A stretch of DNA of 64,000 nucleotides, taken from positions 1,120,001 to 1,184,000 of the forward strand of contig CAVYRF010000002.1 in NCBI GenBank assembly GCA_963770895.1, in the 5' to 3' direction. Under the pieces are notes generated by a model that saw only the letters and a list, made by a program, of their open reading frames with translations, ran no database searches and was not told where the DNA came from. Below are positions 52,933 to 63,732 of this stretch, piece by piece. Made by a program: the position numbers and the translations under genes. Each line of letters opens with the position of its first letter. Position 1 is the stretch's first letter. This DNA is from an uncultured Acidobacteriota bacterium (GTDB lineage: Bacteria; Acidobacteriota; Thermoanaerobaculia; Multivoradales; UBA5704).

Positions 52933-54909
52933 ATGAACATCCCAGAGGAATTCGGCAACTACCTGCTTCTCAAGAAATTAAGAGAGGACGCCCTGGGCGA
53001 GAGCTTCCGCGCCGGCAAGGTGGGGCAGGAGGGTATCGAACAGGTAGTCCTGCTACGGGTTTTCAACGGCCAGGGGATGGACGGCGAGCGCCTCTGGCAG
53101 CGCACGAGCGGGCGCGCCGCGCTGCAGCAGGCGCTGCGCAGCCCCAACATCGGCACCGGCGTCGACCTCGGCAAGGTGCGCAGCTTCCCGTACGCGGCCT
53201 ACGACTACGTGTCGGGCAAGAACCTGGCGACGCTGTTCGCCCAGGCGATGCGCCAGCACCAGCCGCTGCCGGTGGACCACGCCCTGCTGATCGCCGAGCG
53301 CATGGCGCTGGCGCTGGCCGCGGCCTATGAGACGCGGGTGGGGGACGAGCGGGTGCTGCACGGATTCGTGGTGCCGCACCTGGTCATGATCTCCAACGAG
53401 GGTGAAGCCCGCCTGCTGGGGTTTGAAGTCGCGCCCGGATTGCGCGAGCTGTGGTCCGGCGGCTGGCACGACGACGATCTGCGCGCGTATCTGGCACCCG
53501 AAGCCACGGCGTCGGCGGCGATCGGCAAGTCCGATGACGTGTATTCGTTGGGCGCCGTGCTGTTCGAGCTGCTGGCCGGCGAACGGTTGACGGTGATGCC
53601 GCCGGCCGGCGGCTACGCGGCGGCGATCGACGCCATGGTGCTGCCCAACGAGGGCACGCCGCTGCCGGCGGGGATCGCGGCGCTGCTCAAAAAGAGCCTG
53701 GTGCCGCGCGAGCAACGCATCCCCGACGCCCTCACCTGGCACAAAACGGTGTCCAAGCTGATGATCGAGGGGCACTACGGCTCCACCACCTTCAACCTCG
53801 CCTTCTTCATGCACAGCCTGTTCCGCGACGAAATCGACCGCGAGAACCAGGAGATGGAAGCGGAAAAGAAGCTGGAGCTGCCGCGCCGGACGGCCGGCGC
53901 CGTGGCGGCGGCAAGCGCCACCGGCGCGGTCGCCGCGGCGACCGCCGCAGCCGCCGCGGGTGCGGCAGGCGACATGCGCGAGCGCACCGGCGTGCGCGAC
54001 GCCACCTGGGCCGGCAGCGCGCGGGCGGCCGCACCGCCTCCCGCCGCCAACCGCAAACCGCTGTTCATCGGCATCGCCGTGGCCGCGGCGGCGGTGATCG
54101 CCGCCGGCAGCTGGTTTGCCTTCGGCCGTTCCAATGCGGCGCCCAAGCCGGCGATGCAGCCGGCGCCGGCCGCCGCCGCCGCCGCTCCCACCGCGGAAGA
54201 GGCAGCCCGCACCGCCGCCGCGCTGCAGGCGCAGATCCAGCAGATGATCGAAGCCCGCAGCAAGGACATGGAAAGCAAGCTGAAGGGGCAGTACGACGAC
54301 CAGATCCATCAGCTGCAACAGAAGCTTGAGGAGAGCCGCCGTGTCGCCGCGACCGAATCGGATCGCGAAAAGGCGCGCGGCGACCGGGCGGCTCCCGCCG
54401 CCGCTGCCGAAGCGGCGCAGCTGCCGGCGCCGGCCCACACCAGCGACGCGGCACCGGCACCGGCGCGCACCAATCCGGCGCCGGTCCCCGCGCCCGCTCC
54501 GGCCCGCGAAGCATCGGCGGTGCCGGCTTCCGCCGCGGCCGCGGTGCCACCTCCCGCCGCCGCGCCGGCTCCCGAGCCGGCGGCAGCCAGCCAGCCGCAG
54601 ATCCAGGTCGGCGACCTGGTGCAGGGGGGTCCAGGGGTGGTGGTCCCCAGGGTGACCTACCGTCCGGAGGTCCGCTTCCCCACCGCCGCCCGGCGCATGA
54701 ACAAGTCGGCCGAGGTGCTGGTCAGGGTGCTGGTGGACGAGCGTGGACGGGTGCAGCAGACCGCGCTGCAAAACGCTCCCGTCGGCCTGGGATTCGACGA
54801 AGCCGCCCTGGACGTGGCGCGGCGCAGCAACTACCAGCCGGCAACCAAGGATGGCGTGCGGGTCAAGATGTGGACGGTGATGAAGGTCACCTTCGTGCCG
54901 CCGGTCTGA
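52933..54909 (+). CDS. Ser/Thr pseudokinase - TM - TonB C-terminal domain protein
   Basis: Kinase fold (FGNYLLLKKL, YDYVSGKNL, YLAPE, DDVYSLGAVLFELL) with degenerate catalytic motifs; TM helix; Pro-rich linker; TonB_C (VLVRVLVDERGRV..GFDEAAL..PATKDG). Confidence 0.8.
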   Translation: MNIPEEFGNYLLLKKLREDALGESFRAGKVGQEGIEQVVLLRVFNGQGMDGERLWQRTSGRAALQQALRSPNIGTGVDLGKVRSFPYAAYDYVSGKNLATLFAQAMRQHQPLPVDHALLIAERMALALAAAYETRVGDERVLHGFVVPHLVMISNEGEARLLGFEVAPGLRELWSGGWHDDDLRAYLAPEATASAAIGKSDDVYSLGAVLFELLAGERLTVMPPAGGYAAAIDAMVLPNEGTPLPAGIAALLKKSLVPREQRIPDALTWHKTVSKLMIEGHYGSTTFNLAFFMHSLFRDEIDRENQEMEAEKKLELPRRTAGAVAAASATGAVAAATAAAAAGAAGDMRERTGVRDATWAGSARAAAPPPAANRKPLFIGIAVAAAAVIAAGSWFAFGRSNAAPKPAMQPAPAAAAAAPTAEEAARTAAALQAQIQQMIEARSKDMESKLKGQYDDQIHQLQQKLEESRRVAATESDREKARGDRAAPAAAAEAAQLPAPAHTSDAAPAPARTNPAPVPAPAPAREASAVPASAAAAVPPPAAAPAPEPAAASQPQIQVGDLVQGGPGVVVPRVTYRPEVRFPTAARRMNKSAEVLVRVLVDERGRVQQTALQNAPVGLGFDEAALDVARRSNYQPATKDGVRVKMWTVMKVTFVPPV

Positions 54910-55071
54910 AGCGAGTGTTCCTGGCGTCCCGCCCGGCGGGGGCACCAGGAGGGAAGACTGCGGGGGGAGGAGTGCGGAGCGCGCCCTCGCGTTCAATCGC
55001 CGGGAGCGCCGGCGTCGCCGGGACCGCCGGGGCGTTGAGCACGGGGCGCGCTGCCGCCGCGAAGGCCGGCT

Positions 55072-55701
55072 CTAGAAGTCGGCCGCCTTCAGACTGGCAA
55101 CCAGCTGCTGGATGCAGGGCTTCAGGACCTTGTCGAACATCCGGTCGTCGTTGCTGACGCCGCCGCCGAAGCCGCCCACCGAAACGTTGGAGTTGGTCTC
55201 TTCCTTGCGGGCTTCGTCGGCCCACACGATCTCGCCGGTCGAGACGTTGATCAGGCGGGCATTGAGCGCCGCGACGAAGCTGCGCTTGTGGACGCCGAAG
55301 CCGGGCAGGGCGCCGATGCCGCCGCCGTGGGCGCCGGTGTCGGTCGAGCCGTACTCGGTGACCGCGCCGGTCAGGATGTAGTTCAGGCCCAGGACCTTGC
55401 CGATCTGCATCGCGGTCTTGGGGTCGATGTCGCCGCCCAGCGTCAGGCCCTTCTCCTTCATGATCTCGTTGATCTTTTCGCGCTCGACGACGACGAACTT
55501 GCGGCTCTTCACCAGCTCGGTGACGAAGATGTCCTGCGCCGCCGCGGCGCCGTTCTTGAACCACCACTGGTTGTCCGCCTTGCTGGCGAACTCGATGACG
55601 GCGATGCGCGGCTTGCTGCTGGGAGGCTGAGCCGAAACCAGAGAAGCCGTCGCGGCGAGGGCCACGACCGCACAGACGACCGAACACAATGCGCGCTTCA
55701 T
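55072..55701 (-). CDS. CsgG/HfaB family exported protein
   Basis: Signal peptide, KPRIAVIEF, TELVKSRKFVVVERE, IGKVLGLNYILTGAVTEYG, ARLINVSTGEI. Confidence 0.85.
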   Translation of the reverse strand: MKRALCSVVCAVVALAATASLVSAQPPSSKPRIAVIEFASKADNQWWFKNGAAAAQDIFVTELVKSRKFVVVEREKINEIMKEKGLTLGGDIDPKTAMQIGKVLGLNYILTGAVTEYGSTDTGAHGGGIGALPGFGVHKRSFVAALNARLINVSTGEIVWADEARKEETNSNVSVGGFGGGVSNDDRMFDKVLKPCIQQLVASLKAADF

Positions 55702-55836
55702 GGTAGATCTCCTAAAGGCAATGGGGTTGCTAGACCGCGCACCGCCGCTCCGCGAAGAGCGCCTGCGGTACGAGAGAGATAGCTGGAGCCGCTGATTATA
55801 CCGTGAAAACAGGCAGGCCCAGTATGCGGCCGCCCG

Positions 55837-57819
55837 TCACCGGTCCTGATTCAGGAAGCGCGATTGCGCCCCATCGGGGGCCACTTCGTCCTCGTCGTCC
55901 GCGCCGTGGGCGAACAGCGCGATGCGGATGGCATGGCCGCGGCGCGGCGACGGGCTGAGCCGGACGACCTCGCCGTAGTTGGCGACAACCCACGACAGCA
56001 GGCTCCAACCGTACCGCCGTCCGCCAAAATGGCCGACGCCGTATTCGTGCATGGGGCGCTGGACCAGGGCGATGTAGTCGGGAGGGTGCGACTGCAGGCC
56101 GGTCAGGACCGCGGCGTCGCCGCCGTAGGTCGTCAGGTCGAAAGGGGTGAAGGCGCTCCACGGAGTCGGGTTGGGGCAGCGCAACTGGTAGTTGAGCATG
56201 GCCCCCTCGGGCATCACCAGCAGGGAAGAGCCGGGGCGCAGCAGCGGTCGCAGCTCGTCTTCCGCCGCCTCCAGGGTGGCGGCGGTGGGATCGAGCGCCG
56301 GCGGATAGCTCAGGATCGCATCGCCGCCGGTGCCCAGCTGGAAGCTCTTGCGCTCCAGGTAGCTGTCGGAAACGGTCGCGTGGGCCCACAGGCCCGCGAC
56401 CACCAGGCCCAGCATCGCCGCCCGAAAGACGTCGCCTGGCAGCCGCACCCCCCAGGCGCCGGGGCGCAGCACGAAAGCCACGGCCAGCATCAGCGCCGGC
56501 GCCGCATGCACGAACCCGTAGTGCGAGAGCTGCGAATCGAGCACCACCTTCATCAGCATGGCGAGGGAAAACGCCGCCCACATGCTGACCATGGCAGCCT
56601 GGCGGGCCGCCGGCAGGTCCACCGCGCGCACCGCCCGCACCACGCCCCAGACGAGCAGGATGCCGGTGACCAGCGGCAGCGGGCGAGGCAGGTCCTCCCA
56701 GGGGATGTCCAGCAGGCAGCCGGCAGCCAGGGCGGCGGCGCCGACCAGCACGACCAGGCCCACGCGCCACCGGCGCACCCGCGACAGCAGCAAGTCGAGC
56801 AGCAGCGCGCCCACCAGCGCGCCGGCCCAGGCCAGCGCCATGTCGCGCAACGCCTTCAGGTTGTCCCGAGCATCGTTGAGCCCGGCCACCTCGCGGTAGA
56901 AGTGATCGCCGCGGCCGATCGCGTCCCAGGCCAGGCCGGCATTGGTGGCCAGCCCCGCCGCCGCCCGCGCCGGGCCGATCACCCAGCCAAGAATGGCGAA
57001 CGCCGCCAGCACCGGCAGCAGCACCGCACCGCCAAACAGCGCCAGCTCGCCGCCCGCCCGCCGCCAGGACGGCCGGCGACGCTCCCAACAGAGCAGCACC
57101 AGCAGCGCCACGCCGCCCAGCGCCGCCACCGCGATCTCGACCTTGGTGAGCAGCGCCAGGCCGATCAGCAGGCCGGCCACGGCGAGCGCGCGGCGAGACT
57201 GGCGCGAAGCATAGGCGGTCATGGCACACATCGCGCCGATCGCCAGCGCCACGCCATGGGTCGCCTCGTGCGTATAGGGTGAGACAAAGTTCCAGTTGCC
57301 GCGCCACGACAGGTGCGAAAAACCCGACGCCACCAGAAACGTGAGACCGGCGAGAAACGCCGGCAACCTGCCGCAGGCGCGCAGAAAGAACACGTGCAGA
57401 ACGACCGTCGCCGCCGCCAGCAGCACCAGGTTGGCGACCATCAACGTCGTATACGACACCCCGAAGCAGTGAAACAGCAGCGCGTTCCAGTATTGGGAGA
57501 GCGGCCCGAACTTCCACGCGATGTCCGCATACAGGTGCCGCCCTTGCGCCAGCTGCCAGGGGGTGTACAGCTGCGCGCCAAAGTCCACCAGCACGTCCGG
57601 CCACCGCCGCCAGCCGCGCACCGCCATCACCGCAAACACCACCGCCAGACCGGCCAGGCTCAATCCCTCGGCGCGCCAGCTGCTGCCGGCAGGAACCGCC
57701 CGGAAGGCGCCCCCGGCCGCCGGCGACAGGAACGCAGCGGCCGCTTCCGCCGATGGCGGCTCGACAAAAACCGCCTCCTCGGGGTCCGGTTCGACGCGCG
57801 CTGGGTCCGGGGCGAGCAC
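55837..57819 (-). CDS. Multi-pass membrane protein, GT-C/glycosyltransferase-like
   Basis: DFGAQLY.PW.L..G..LY.D...FGPL after TM1, many TM helices, periplasmic C-terminus; start uncertain. Confidence 0.6.
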   Translation of the reverse strand: MLAPDPARVEPDPEEAVFVEPPSAEAAAAFLSPAAGGAFRAVPAGSSWRAEGLSLAGLAVVFAVMAVRGWRRWPDVLVDFGAQLYTPWQLAQGRHLYADIAWKFGPLSQYWNALLFHCFGVSYTTLMVANLVLLAAATVVLHVFFLRACGRLPAFLAGLTFLVASGFSHLSWRGNWNFVSPYTHEATHGVALAIGAMCAMTAYASRQSRRALAVAGLLIGLALLTKVEIAVAALGGVALLVLLCWERRRPSWRRAGGELALFGGAVLLPVLAAFAILGWVIGPARAAAGLATNAGLAWDAIGRGDHFYREVAGLNDARDNLKALRDMALAWAGALVGALLLDLLLSRVRRWRVGLVVLVGAAALAAGCLLDIPWEDLPRPLPLVTGILLVWGVVRAVRAVDLPAARQAAMVSMWAAFSLAMLMKVVLDSQLSHYGFVHAAPALMLAVAFVLRPGAWGVRLPGDVFRAAMLGLVVAGLWAHATVSDSYLERKSFQLGTGGDAILSYPPALDPTAATLEAAEDELRPLLRPGSSLLVMPEGAMLNYQLRCPNPTPWSAFTPFDLTTYGGDAAVLTGLQSHPPDYIALVQRPMHEYGVGHFGGRRYGWSLLSWVVANYGEVVRLSPSPRRGHAIRIALFAHGADDEDEVAPDGAQSRFLNQDR

Positions 57820-57945
57820 GCCGCCAGGCTACCGGCCCCTCGCTAAAGCAGCCACAAAGACACCAACGGCCTCCACAAAGAAATCGCAAGGCATTTGTCG
57901 TTTTGGCGTAGCTGTATACTTACCCGCACCCTCTGGAGGGAGCCC

Positions 57946-60540
57946 ATGCCGCCACCGCAGGATCAGCCATCCCCCGCGGCCGGCCATCCCCACCCGCGCT
58001 CCCATCCAGCCGCCGGCGGCACCCCCAGGATGGTCACACCCGGCCGGGAGGCACGTTGGCTGTGGTTTGTGTTTCTGCTGGCCCTGGCGGTGCGCCTGGT
58101 CTACCTGTGGGATGTCCGGGACCTGCCGACGCTCCACCACCTGGTCATGGACGCCGAGCGCTACGACGCCCTGGCCCGCCGCATTCTGGCCGGCGGCTGG
58201 CGCCCGCACGAGGCCTTCTACCAGGCGCCGCTCTACCCCTACCTGCTGGCCGCAACCTATGCCGTCAGCGGCGGTTCGCTCCTGGCGGTGCGCCTGGGCC
58301 AGGCGCTCCTGGGCGCCCTGACCGCAGTCCTGGCCGCCGTCGCCGCCGGCCGCCTCGGCAACCGCGCCCCGCGGCCGCGGGCGCAGACCCAGCCAACCGC
58401 CAGCGGCGATGCCGGTGACGCCGATGGGGATGGGGAACGACGCCGCCTCGCACTGCTCGCCACCGCCGGCGTGCTCGCCGCGTTGTACGCGCCGGCGATC
58501 TTCTATACACCCCTGCTGCTCAAGACAGTCCCGGCCCTGTTGCTGGAATCGGCAGCGCTGGTGGCGCTGCTGCCGCCCGCCGGCCGCCGCTTCACCCCAG
58601 CGCGCTGCCTGGGCATCGGCGCCCTCCTGGGCGCCGCCTCACTGCTGCAGGAAAGCCTGCTCCCGCTGGTGCCGGCAACCGTCCTGTACCTGCTGGCGCG
58701 GCCGTGGCCGGCAGCCGCCAGCCAGCCGCCTGCCGACGAAACAACCATCGGCCGCACAACGATCCATCACGCGGCCACCAGCGATACGACCGGCCGCAAC
58801 ATGCCCCCTGGCGGAACGCCTGCCGCTCCTACATCTGCCGGACACAGAGTCCCCGGCGGGGCGGCACGGCGGCCCTGGCTGGGCGCGGCGGCCGTGTTGG
58901 TTGGCGCGGCGCTGGCCCTTGCGCCGGCGGCGCTGCTCAACCTGGCGGCGAGCGGCCAGCTGCTGCTGACCAGCTCGCAGAGCGGCGTGAACTTCTATAT
59001 TGGCAACGCTCGGGGCGCCACCGGCACCTACTCCGGCCTGTCCGGCGGCGGCCAGACGCCGGAGCGCCAGAAGGAGGATTCGGAGCGCCTTGCGGCGCTG
59101 TTCGCGGCGCGCGACAGCGGCCGGCCGGTAGCCCCGGCGTCGCTGGCGCCGGCCCAGGTCTCGCGCATCCTGTGGCGCGAAACCTGGCGCCAGATCGTCG
59201 CCGACCCGGCCACCTGGGGGCGGCTGATGCTGCGGAAGCTGCGCCTGTTCTGGAACAACTACGAGCTGCCGGACGCCGAGGGCTTCCGCGTCTACCGGCG
59301 TGAATCCCTCGCCCTGCGCCTGGATCCCCTGACCTTCGGCCCGCTCGCGCCGCTGGCAGCGGTCGGCCTGCTCTCCCTCGCGACCCGCGGCACTGCCCGC
59401 GAGCGCCACGCGGCCGCGCTGCTCGCCTTGCTGACCCTCACCGTCTGCGCCGCGGTCGTGCTGTTTTTCGTCTTCGGCCGCTATCGCCTGGCGGTGGTGC
59501 CCTTCCTCCTGCCGCTCGCCGCCGCCGGCATTCAGGAGCTGCGCGAAATCGGCCACCGCGCCAGCCAGGCCGCCGGCATCGGCCTGCGCCGGCCCGCGGC
59601 AGACCTCGCCCTGCTCGCCGGCGTCGGCCTGGCCGTCAACCTCCCCTGCTACTCCGCAACCGAGATCGCCAGCCAGGACTCCGCCATCGAGTGCAACCTG
59701 GGCACCGCCGCCATGATGGGAGCCGCGGCCAGCCACGCCGACTTCCGCCGCCTGGTCGCCGCCGGAGCCTTCGCCGGCAAGGTCAATCCGTCCGCCACCG
59801 CTGACGCGACGGCGCCTTCCGAGCCCATCACCGGCCCGGCGCCATCTGCTCCGACAGCCGGCGCAGCACCCACGGAACCGGCCACCTCCGAAGCGACGAT
59901 GGCGGCGGCGCGCGCCAAGCTGACCGAGGCGGTGGAGCTCGCGTCCCGCGCCGTCGACTACCTGGCCGCCGCGGACGCCGACAGCCCCGACTTTGTCGTC
60001 GCCAAGGTCGCCTGGGCCAACGCCCTGGCGGACCGCGGCCGCTACCTGGCCGAGGCCGGCAACCTGGACCAGGCGCTCGCCGACGTCGGCACCGCCCGCG
60101 ACCGGCTGACCGCGGTGCTCGCCGCACCACCCGCCGACCCCGAGCTGCAGCGCCTCGCCACCTCAGGCAAGGAAGCGATCGACGACCAGCTGGTCACGCT
60201 CCTGAGCAACGCCGGCCTCCACCGCATCGAAACCGGCCAGCTCGACGACGCCGACGCCCTGCTCACCCGCGCCACCGCGGTCGCGCCCAACCTCGCCGCG
60301 CCCCGCGGCAGCCTGGCCCTATGCCGCCTCCAGCGCGGCCTGGCAGCCCGCCACCAAGGCGATCGCGCCGCAGCCGCGCGCCTCCTGGCCGAAAGCCGCG
60401 ACCTCTACCGCACCGCCGTCGCCCTCGCCCAAACCACTGACCGCCCCGACCTCGCCACCCTCTTCGCCAAAGGCCAAACCTCCGCCGAAGCCGCCCTCGC
60501 CGACAGCACCCCCCAGACGGCACCAGCACCCCATCGCTAG
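57946..60540 (+). CDS. Glycosyltransferase family 39 (PMT/ArnT-like) membrane protein with C-terminal TPR-like region
   Basis: DAERYDALARRI, FYQAPLYPYLLA, GVNFYIGN, KLRLFWNNYE, FFVFGRYRLAVVPFL; GGAGGG RBS before ATG 57946. Confidence 0.75.
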   Translation: MPPPQDQPSPAAGHPHPRSHPAAGGTPRMVTPGREARWLWFVFLLALAVRLVYLWDVRDLPTLHHLVMDAERYDALARRILAGGWRPHEAFYQAPLYPYLLAATYAVSGGSLLAVRLGQALLGALTAVLAAVAAGRLGNRAPRPRAQTQPTASGDAGDADGDGERRRLALLATAGVLAALYAPAIFYTPLLLKTVPALLLESAALVALLPPAGRRFTPARCLGIGALLGAASLLQESLLPLVPATVLYLLARPWPAAASQPPADETTIGRTTIHHAATSDTTGRNMPPGGTPAAPTSAGHRVPGGAARRPWLGAAAVLVGAALALAPAALLNLAASGQLLLTSSQSGVNFYIGNARGATGTYSGLSGGGQTPERQKEDSERLAALFAARDSGRPVAPASLAPAQVSRILWRETWRQIVADPATWGRLMLRKLRLFWNNYELPDAEGFRVYRRESLALRLDPLTFGPLAPLAAVGLLSLATRGTARERHAAALLALLTLTVCAAVVLFFVFGRYRLAVVPFLLPLAAAGIQELREIGHRASQAAGIGLRRPAADLALLAGVGLAVNLPCYSATEIASQDSAIECNLGTAAMMGAAASHADFRRLVAAGAFAGKVNPSATADATAPSEPITGPAPSAPTAGAAPTEPATSEATMAAARAKLTEAVELASRAVDYLAAADADSPDFVVAKVAWANALADRGRYLAEAGNLDQALADVGTARDRLTAVLAAPPADPELQRLATSGKEAIDDQLVTLLSNAGLHRIETGQLDDADALLTRATAVAPNLAAPRGSLALCRLQRGLAARHQGDRAAAARLLAESRDLYRTAVALAQTTDRPDLATLFAKGQTSAEAALADSTPQTAPAPHR

Positions 60541-60571
60541 CGCAATCAGCCTGCACGTGGAGCTGCTTCGC

Positions 60572-62857
60572 CTATGGCGAGGGCGGGGCGGTGGCGAGGG
60601 CGGCGAGCTCCTGGGCGTCGACGACGCAGAGGGCGGTGAGGTTGACGATGTCGGCGACTTCGACGCCGGCTTGCAGGACGTGGACGGGCTTGGCCATGCC
60701 CAGGAGGATGGGGCCGATGGCTTCGGCTTTGGCCAGGCGCCAGATGAGCTTGTAGGCGATGTTGGCGGATTGGAGCTCGGGGAAGATGAGGACGTTGGCG
60801 GGGGCGCGCAGGTGGCTCCAGTCGTAGGTGTCGCGCAGGAGCGAGTCGACGACGGCGGTGTCGGCTTGCATCTCGCCGTCGATTTCAAGGTGGGGATCGC
60901 GCTCGCGGACCAGCTCGACGGCGCGGCGGACCTTGCGGGCGGCGGGGTGGGCGTTGGAACCGAAGTTGGAGAACGACAGCATCGCGACGCGGGGGGTGAT
61001 GCCGAAGCGGCGGACGAATTCGACCGTCAGGGTGGTGATCTCGGCCAGCTCCTGCGGATTGGGATCGATGTTGACGGTGGTGTCGGCCAGGAAGAAGAGG
61101 CGGTCTTCCAGGATGAGGACGTAGGCGCCCGAAACCCGCGACACGCCGGGGCGGGTGGAGATGATCTGCAGCGCCGGGCGGATGGTGTCGGGGTAGCTGC
61201 GGGTGAGGCCCGAGATCAGGCCGTCGGCGTCGCCCTCCTCGACCATCATGCTGCCGAAATAGTTGCGCAGGCGCATGAGCTTGCGGGCGTCCACCAGGGT
61301 CATGCCGTCGCGGCGCCGCATCTCGTGCAGCCGCTGGGCGTACGGCTCGAGCAACGGCGAGGTTTCATTGTGCAGGATGGTGACGCGCTCCTCGGCCAGG
61401 TCCAGGTCACGGAGCTTGCCGGCGATCATGTCGCGGCGCGCCAGCAGGATGGGGTGGGCGATGCCTTCGTCGACCAGGATCTTGGCGGCGCGCAGGATCT
61501 GGTCGTGCTCGCCTTCGGGGAAGACCACCCGGCGGGGGCTGCGCTTGGCCCGGTCGATGATGCCGCGCATCAGCTCGAAGCGGCGTGAGATGAGGGTTTC
61601 CAGCCGCCGGTGGTAAGCGGCGAAGTCGGCGATCGGCACCCTGGCCACACCTGTCGCCATGGCGGCGCGGGCGACCGCCGGCGGCACGCGCAGCAGGACG
61701 CGGTGATCGACCGGCTTGGGGATGAGGTATTCGCGGCCGAAGCGCAGCGCGTCCAGGCCGTAGGCGCGCAGCACCGAGTCGGGCACGTCTTCGCGCGCCA
61801 GCTCGGCCAGCGCCCAGACCGCCGCCAGCTCCATCTCGTCGTTGATGTCGGTCGCCCGCACGTCCAGGGCGCCGCGGAAGATGAAGGGGAATCCCAGGAC
61901 GTTGTTGACCTGGTTGGGGTAGTCGCTGCGGCCGGTGGCGACGATGGCGTCGGGGCGGGCGGCGCGCGCCTCTTCGTAGGAGATCTCGGGGTCGGGGTTG
62001 GCCATGGCGAAGACCACCGGATCGCGCGCCATCGAGCGGATCATGTCCGGCGTCACCACGCCGGCAACCGACAGGCCGATGAACACGTCGCAGCCGGCCA
62101 TCGCCTGGGCGAGCGTGCGCGCCGCGGTGTCGGCGGCAAAGGCCTCTTTTTGCGGGTCCATCAGCTCGCGCCGGCCGCGGTAGACGACGCCGGCGATGTC
62201 GCACAGCACGATGTTCTCGCGCCGGGCCCCCAGCTTGAGGTAGAGCTTGGCGCAGGACAGCGCCGCCGCGCCGGCGCCGGAAAAGACGATGCGCGCGTCG
62301 GCGATCGGTTTGTCGATCAGCTTGAGCGCATTGAGCAGCGCCGCTCCCGAGATGATGGCGGTGCCGTGCTGATCGTCGTGAAAGACGGGAATCTGCATTT
62401 CCGCCTTCAGGCGGCGCTCGATCTCGAAGCAGTCGGGAGCGCGTATGTCTTCCAGGTTGATGCCGCCGAAGCTGGGCTCCAGCAGCTTGACCGCGCGGAT
62501 GAACTCTTCGGGGTCTTCGGTGGCGATCTCAAGGTCGAACACGTCGATGTCGGCGAAGCGCTTGAACAGCACCCCCTTGCCTTCCATGACCGGCTTGCCG
62601 GCCAGCGCGCCGATGTTGCCCAGACCCAGGACGGCGGTGCCGTTGGTGATCACCGCCACCAGATTGCCCTTGGCGGTGTACTCGTAGGCGGCCAGGGGAT
62701 CGCGCTGGATCTCCTTGCAGGGATAGGCGACGCCGGGGCTGTAGGCGAGCGACAGGTCGCGCTGGGTGAGGGTGGGCTTGGTGGGGACGACCTGGATCTT
62801 TCCCTTGCGCCCCTGCGAGTGGTAGGCGAGAGCGTCCTCGGCGCTGATCTTTTTCAC
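60572..62857 (-). CDS. maeB: NADP-dependent malic enzyme with PTA domain
   Basis: [57 protein letters not shown]; PTA domain (VFPEGE, DGEMQAD, ANIAYK). Confidence 0.97.
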   Translation of the reverse strand: MKKISAEDALAYHSQGRKGKIQVVPTKPTLTQRDLSLAYSPGVAYPCKEIQRDPLAAYEYTAKGNLVAVITNGTAVLGLGNIGALAGKPVMEGKGVLFKRFADIDVFDLEIATEDPEEFIRAVKLLEPSFGGINLEDIRAPDCFEIERRLKAEMQIPVFHDDQHGTAIISGAALLNALKLIDKPIADARIVFSGAGAAALSCAKLYLKLGARRENIVLCDIAGVVYRGRRELMDPQKEAFAADTAARTLAQAMAGCDVFIGLSVAGVVTPDMIRSMARDPVVFAMANPDPEISYEEARAARPDAIVATGRSDYPNQVNNVLGFPFIFRGALDVRATDINDEMELAAVWALAELAREDVPDSVLRAYGLDALRFGREYLIPKPVDHRVLLRVPPAVARAAMATGVARVPIADFAAYHRRLETLISRRFELMRGIIDRAKRSPRRVVFPEGEHDQILRAAKILVDEGIAHPILLARRDMIAGKLRDLDLAEERVTILHNETSPLLEPYAQRLHEMRRRDGMTLVDARKLMRLRNYFGSMMVEEGDADGLISGLTRSYPDTIRPALQIISTRPGVSRVSGAYVLILEDRLFFLADTTVNIDPNPQELAEITTLTVEFVRRFGITPRVAMLSFSNFGSNAHPAARKVRRAVELVRERDPHLEIDGEMQADTAVVDSLLRDTYDWSHLRAPANVLIFPELQSANIAYKLIWRLAKAEAIGPILLGMAKPVHVLQAGVEVADIVNLTALCVVDAQELAALATAPPSP

Positions 62858-62909
62858 CCCCGCATCTTACCAGCGGCACCCGGCAGAGCCCGGCGGGAAC
62901 CGGGCGGCG

Positions 62910-63446
62910 TCAGGTGGTGGGGCGGCCGGCGCCGCTCAGGACGGCCTGCTCGAAGACCCGGCGATAGAGGGTCAGGAGATCGGAAAAGACGCGCGCGAAG
63001 GCCTGGTCGGTCGCATCCTCCAGCAGGGGGTGCTCGTGCGGCAGCGGCGGCAGGTAGACGCCGGCTTCGCCAGGGGACCAGGGGACCACCTGGGCGCCGG
63101 CGCGTTCCGCGCCACCGGCGGCGATCGCCGCGGCCGGCGCCAGCTCGCCGGCGGCCGTGACGGCGGTTGCGGCGGCGGCGGCCTTGCCGGCGCTCTGTTC
63201 GGACGCTGCCAGCGCGGCGGCGCGACCGTCGACCAGGTAGAGGGTGTAGAAAAACTCGAACATGTCGACCTTGAGCACCCGCAGGATCTTTTCCAACGAA
63301 TCGAGCTTGGGCAGCTCCTTGCCGTTTTCATACTTGGAGAGTTGGCTCTTGCCGATGCGGGCTTCGCGCGCCACGCGACTCTGGCTTTTACCCCGCAGCT
63401 CGCGCAGCAAGCTGAGGGTCCTCCCCAGGTTCGCAAACATGCCCAT
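62910..63446 (-). CDS. XRE-family HTH transcriptional regulator
   Basis: LRELRGKSQSRVAREARIGKSQLSKYENGKELP; AT-rich upstream region 63450-63630. Confidence 0.85.
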   Translation of the reverse strand: MGMFANLGRTLSLLRELRGKSQSRVAREARIGKSQLSKYENGKELPKLDSLEKILRVLKVDMFEFFYTLYLVDGRAAALAASEQSAGKAAAAATAVTAAGELAPAAAIAAGGAERAGAQVVPWSPGEAGVYLPPLPHEHPLLEDATDQAFARVFSDLLTLYRRVFEQAVLSGAGRPTT

Positions 63447-63732
63447 AGGAGAAATGTAGCGGCTGCAACATACCGCACGCAAGCGTAAGTCACTGATTAT
63501 GAGATATTTAGATCGCAAGCATTAATCACATGCGAGCATTGAATGGCGGCGTCTGGCGACGAATTTTGCAATCGGTAGCCAGGATCGAAGTAAAAGTTGT
63601 CTTTATTCGACCTGGGCGCATTTTTCTCTTGTCCCGCTCGCGGCAAGGGCAAGCGGCGGCCCGAGGGCGCCGCCTGAGCTACAAGATTGCCGTTGCCGGT
63701 AAGACGCCGCGGAGCGACGCCGCGGCGAGGGG

